This document shows, one piece after another, positions 61,236 to 64,000 of a stretch of 64,000 nt of DNA. Source of the stretch: Lytechinus pictus (Eukaryota); assembly GCF_037042905.1 (NCBI RefSeq), contig NC_087251.1, forward strand, positions 20,276,001-20,340,000, given 5' to 3'. Made by a program: the position numbers and the translations under genes. The notes below the pieces were generated by a model that saw only the letters and a list, made by a program, of their open reading frames with translations, was not told the origin of the DNA and searched no databases. The first letter of the stretch is position 1; every line of letters starts with the position of its first letter.

Positions 61236-63930
61236 TTAGGTGGTCTGTCTATGACAGATCACCTCTTATGTTTGTCCGAATTTTCTTTCTTTATTTATTT
61301 ATTTTTATTTATTATTTTTATTTCCTCCATTTCTTGTGGACAGCAAATCTCAGAAAGTTCATATTCAATAATCATCAAAATATCACCACATATCAACATC
61401 AATAAGACCTCAATTCTGCAAGAATCTTAATGTCATGACGTCATCATGACGTCATCTAGACGCCATTTTGTAAAATCACATTATCAATCATATCTCCATT
61501 ATCAATTATCAAAAATAAATCAAATTCACATGACATAAACTTCAGATCAAGGGTCATCAGGTCATGTCATCAAAGGTCACCTGAAGGTCACGACGCGCGC
61601 GTACGCGCGCGTCAAAATTTTAAAATGCTAAAAATCACTTTTTGACCAAAACAGAGTACGTTTTAGGTCATTTTAAGCATTTCAAAAAATTGCGCGCGCA
61701 AACGTATGCGCGCGCGTTTCCGCGCGTAACGCCTTGAATGCAACTCAGAAACACCGTTTTTTTTATTTCATTGCATTGATCATATAATTTTGAGCAATTT
61801 GATACCTTGATCAACCTTCTACGACCATTAATAAGGAAATTAACACCCGTTAAAGTTTGCAGCACGTGTGCGCGCGAGCTCTCACTATAGGCCATATATG
61901 GGCAAAAACATGCCTATAGAAAATCCGCTGTAGCTCTTCAGAACGCGTGGGGACCCCCAATTTTTTTTTCATATTTTGATAGAGTATGAACTAGAAATAT
62001 AATTTCATGTCTCATTTGACCCTCAATTATATTATGACGTCATCAAAATGGCGTCGGAAGTCAAAAAATCCATTTTGCCTATTATGACGTCATTATAATT
62101 ATGCAAATCTTGCTCTAACTCCGTGAATATCGGTCTATTTTCACCCAATTTTTGATATGTTGTAGCTTAGTTCTTACTCTTTCTGAGTTATTGCCTTTAT
62201 TTTTCATTTTGATAAACAGATCATCCTCAAAAATTGCAAATAATAATGGCATGTCATTTTTACTCATTTTGCGTGTAATCTCTATGGGACATGACTTTTT
62301 CTCAAAACTAGATTCTACATTCTTCTATTTCGTAAGCCATATCTCCAATTTTTGTTGCTAGTTATCCCTGAGCTTTTAGTATGTTGTAGCTGAGATTCTA
62401 AGCTTTCGGTTGCGTTCCTTCATTTTCCGATCAGATGTCGGGATCATGCCCGTAATTCACTTGCAAGATTGGATTTGAGATTCTGGTGTTTTGCTTACGT
62501 GTTAAGTCTATGGGAAATATTCTAGCTCAATCGGTTAGGCGTCAGACTTACTTCTCATTCCATCATGCAGGCAGGGGTTCGAGTCCGCGGGTGAACATGA
62601 TTTTTTTTTTTTTATTTTTTTTTTTAGCTATCTTGCCCACGATCAATTATAAGAATTCTAACAAATAATAGCTAAAATATTGCAAAATAAAACAGATTAT
62701 AATTACTTTTTTATATCATATCTATTTATCTGTCTGTCTATCTACCTATACATGACATATCTATCTCTCTGTCTAATATATATCTTTCTGTTTGAATACG
62801 TCCCTCTCTCTCTATCTATCCATATGTCTGTCTGTCTATCTACCTACATTGTATATCTATCTGTCTGTTTATCTCTCTCTCTCTCTCTCTGTCTAATATA
62901 TATGTATCTATCTGTTTAGATATGTCTATCTATCTATCCATCCATCTGCCTGTCTCTATCTATCTATCTATCTATCTATATATCTATCTATCTATCTGTC
63001 TGTCTGTCTCTCTATCTATCTATCTATCTATCTGTCTATCTATCTATCTATCTATCTATATGTCTGTCTCTCTATTCATCTATATGTCTGTCTCTCTATC
63101 TATCTCTGTCTCGATCTCTATCAATCTATATGTCTGTCTCTGTATCTATCTATATGTCTATCTATCTATCTATCTATCTATCTATATATCTATCTATATG
63201 TCTGTCTCTCTATCTATCTATATTTCTGTCTCTCTGTCTATCTATATGTTTGTCTATCTATATGTGTGTCTATCTATCCATGAAGCTATCACGAGAAGGA
63301 GAACCATCTTCCAATTTCTCTCTTAATCCTTTGTTATCGCTTCCTTCGGGCGAAGGAACGATATCTAACATCAATTGGCGAGCCGCCAGGCGAAAGTTAG
63401 AGCCCGCTTACATAACGCGATAGGACCACGCAGCATGAAGCTATTACGAGATAGCTCGTAATAGCTTCATGATATGTCTGTCTCTCTATCTATATATATG
63501 TCTGTCTATCTATCTGTCTATCTATCTATCTGTCTGTCTCTCTTTCTATCTATATGTTTATATATGTTTTATTAATATAACCACCAATCATCTCTCTATC
63601 TATCTATATATCTATATATCTATCAATCTATCTCTATATCTATAAGTCTGTCTCTCTATCTATCTATATGTCTGTCTCTCTATCTATATGTCTGTGTCTC
63701 TATCTATCTATATGTCTATGTTTTATTAATATAACCACCTATAATTGATCTCTCCATCCATCACTCCATCCATCTACTATAATTATCTTTCTTGTATGTA
63801 TCTGTTTGATTATGTAAATCTGTTTGTCTATCTATTTTTCAATCTAATATCTGTTTAAATATTTTTTTCCTGTTTATCTATCTATACGACAGACCACCTA
63901 ATTCGTCCGCATGACGAATTAAAATCTAGT
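61236..63930 (-). mobile_element. HINE-like family C with (GATA/GACA)n microsatellite; extra 3' ends at 61174 and 63946
   Basis: Minus strand starts actag, hairpin aattcgtc..gacgaatt and subTIR ttaggtggtctgtc; ends in hairpin aggtgatctgtc-ata-gacagaccacctaa; microsatellite at about 62720-63890. Confidence 0.72.
63279..63471 (+). mobile_element. 193-bp mini-element with terminal hairpin inside the microsatellite
   Basis: Starts catgaagctatcacgag; ends in a perfect 17-bp stem catgaagctattacgag-atag-ctcgtaatagcttcatg. Confidence 0.6.
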
Positions 63931-64000
63931 TTTTATTTATTTTTATTAGGTGGTCTGTCTATGACAGATCACCTCTTATATTTGTCCGAATTTTCTTTCT

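Noticed and set aside
62680..63326. SIYL-rich ORFs
   Set aside because: Translation of the (TCTA)n microsatellite.

Overview
AT-rich, repeat-dense animal genomic DNA (spliceosomal GT-AG introns; the repeat types resemble an echinoderm such as a sea urchin, which is inference only). Two protein-coding genes, both on the minus strand. (1) A six-exon TMX1-like ER thioredoxin (CPAC active site, 272 aa) whose CDS spans 47848 to 17255. (2) An intracellular clade-B-like serpin with an uninterrupted CDS (57125-55944, 393 aa). Most of the rest is nested transposon debris: two multi-kb foldback elements, three families of Helentron-type (HINE/DINE-like) elements carrying internal satellites or microsatellites, many MITEs with readable target-site duplications (TSDs), and LINE (CR1, L2, RTE, I/Nimb, L1/Tx1), SINE and Penelope-like fragments. 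The most unusual items are a 5.7-kb composite insertion in TMX1 intron 1 that has a perfect TSD but mismatched ends (apparent flank capture), a serpin with Asp at the canonical P1 position, a candidate alternative TMX1 C-terminus, and a Penelope-type hammerhead foldback. All alignments were done by eye; superfamily assignments rest on termini and TSD only.
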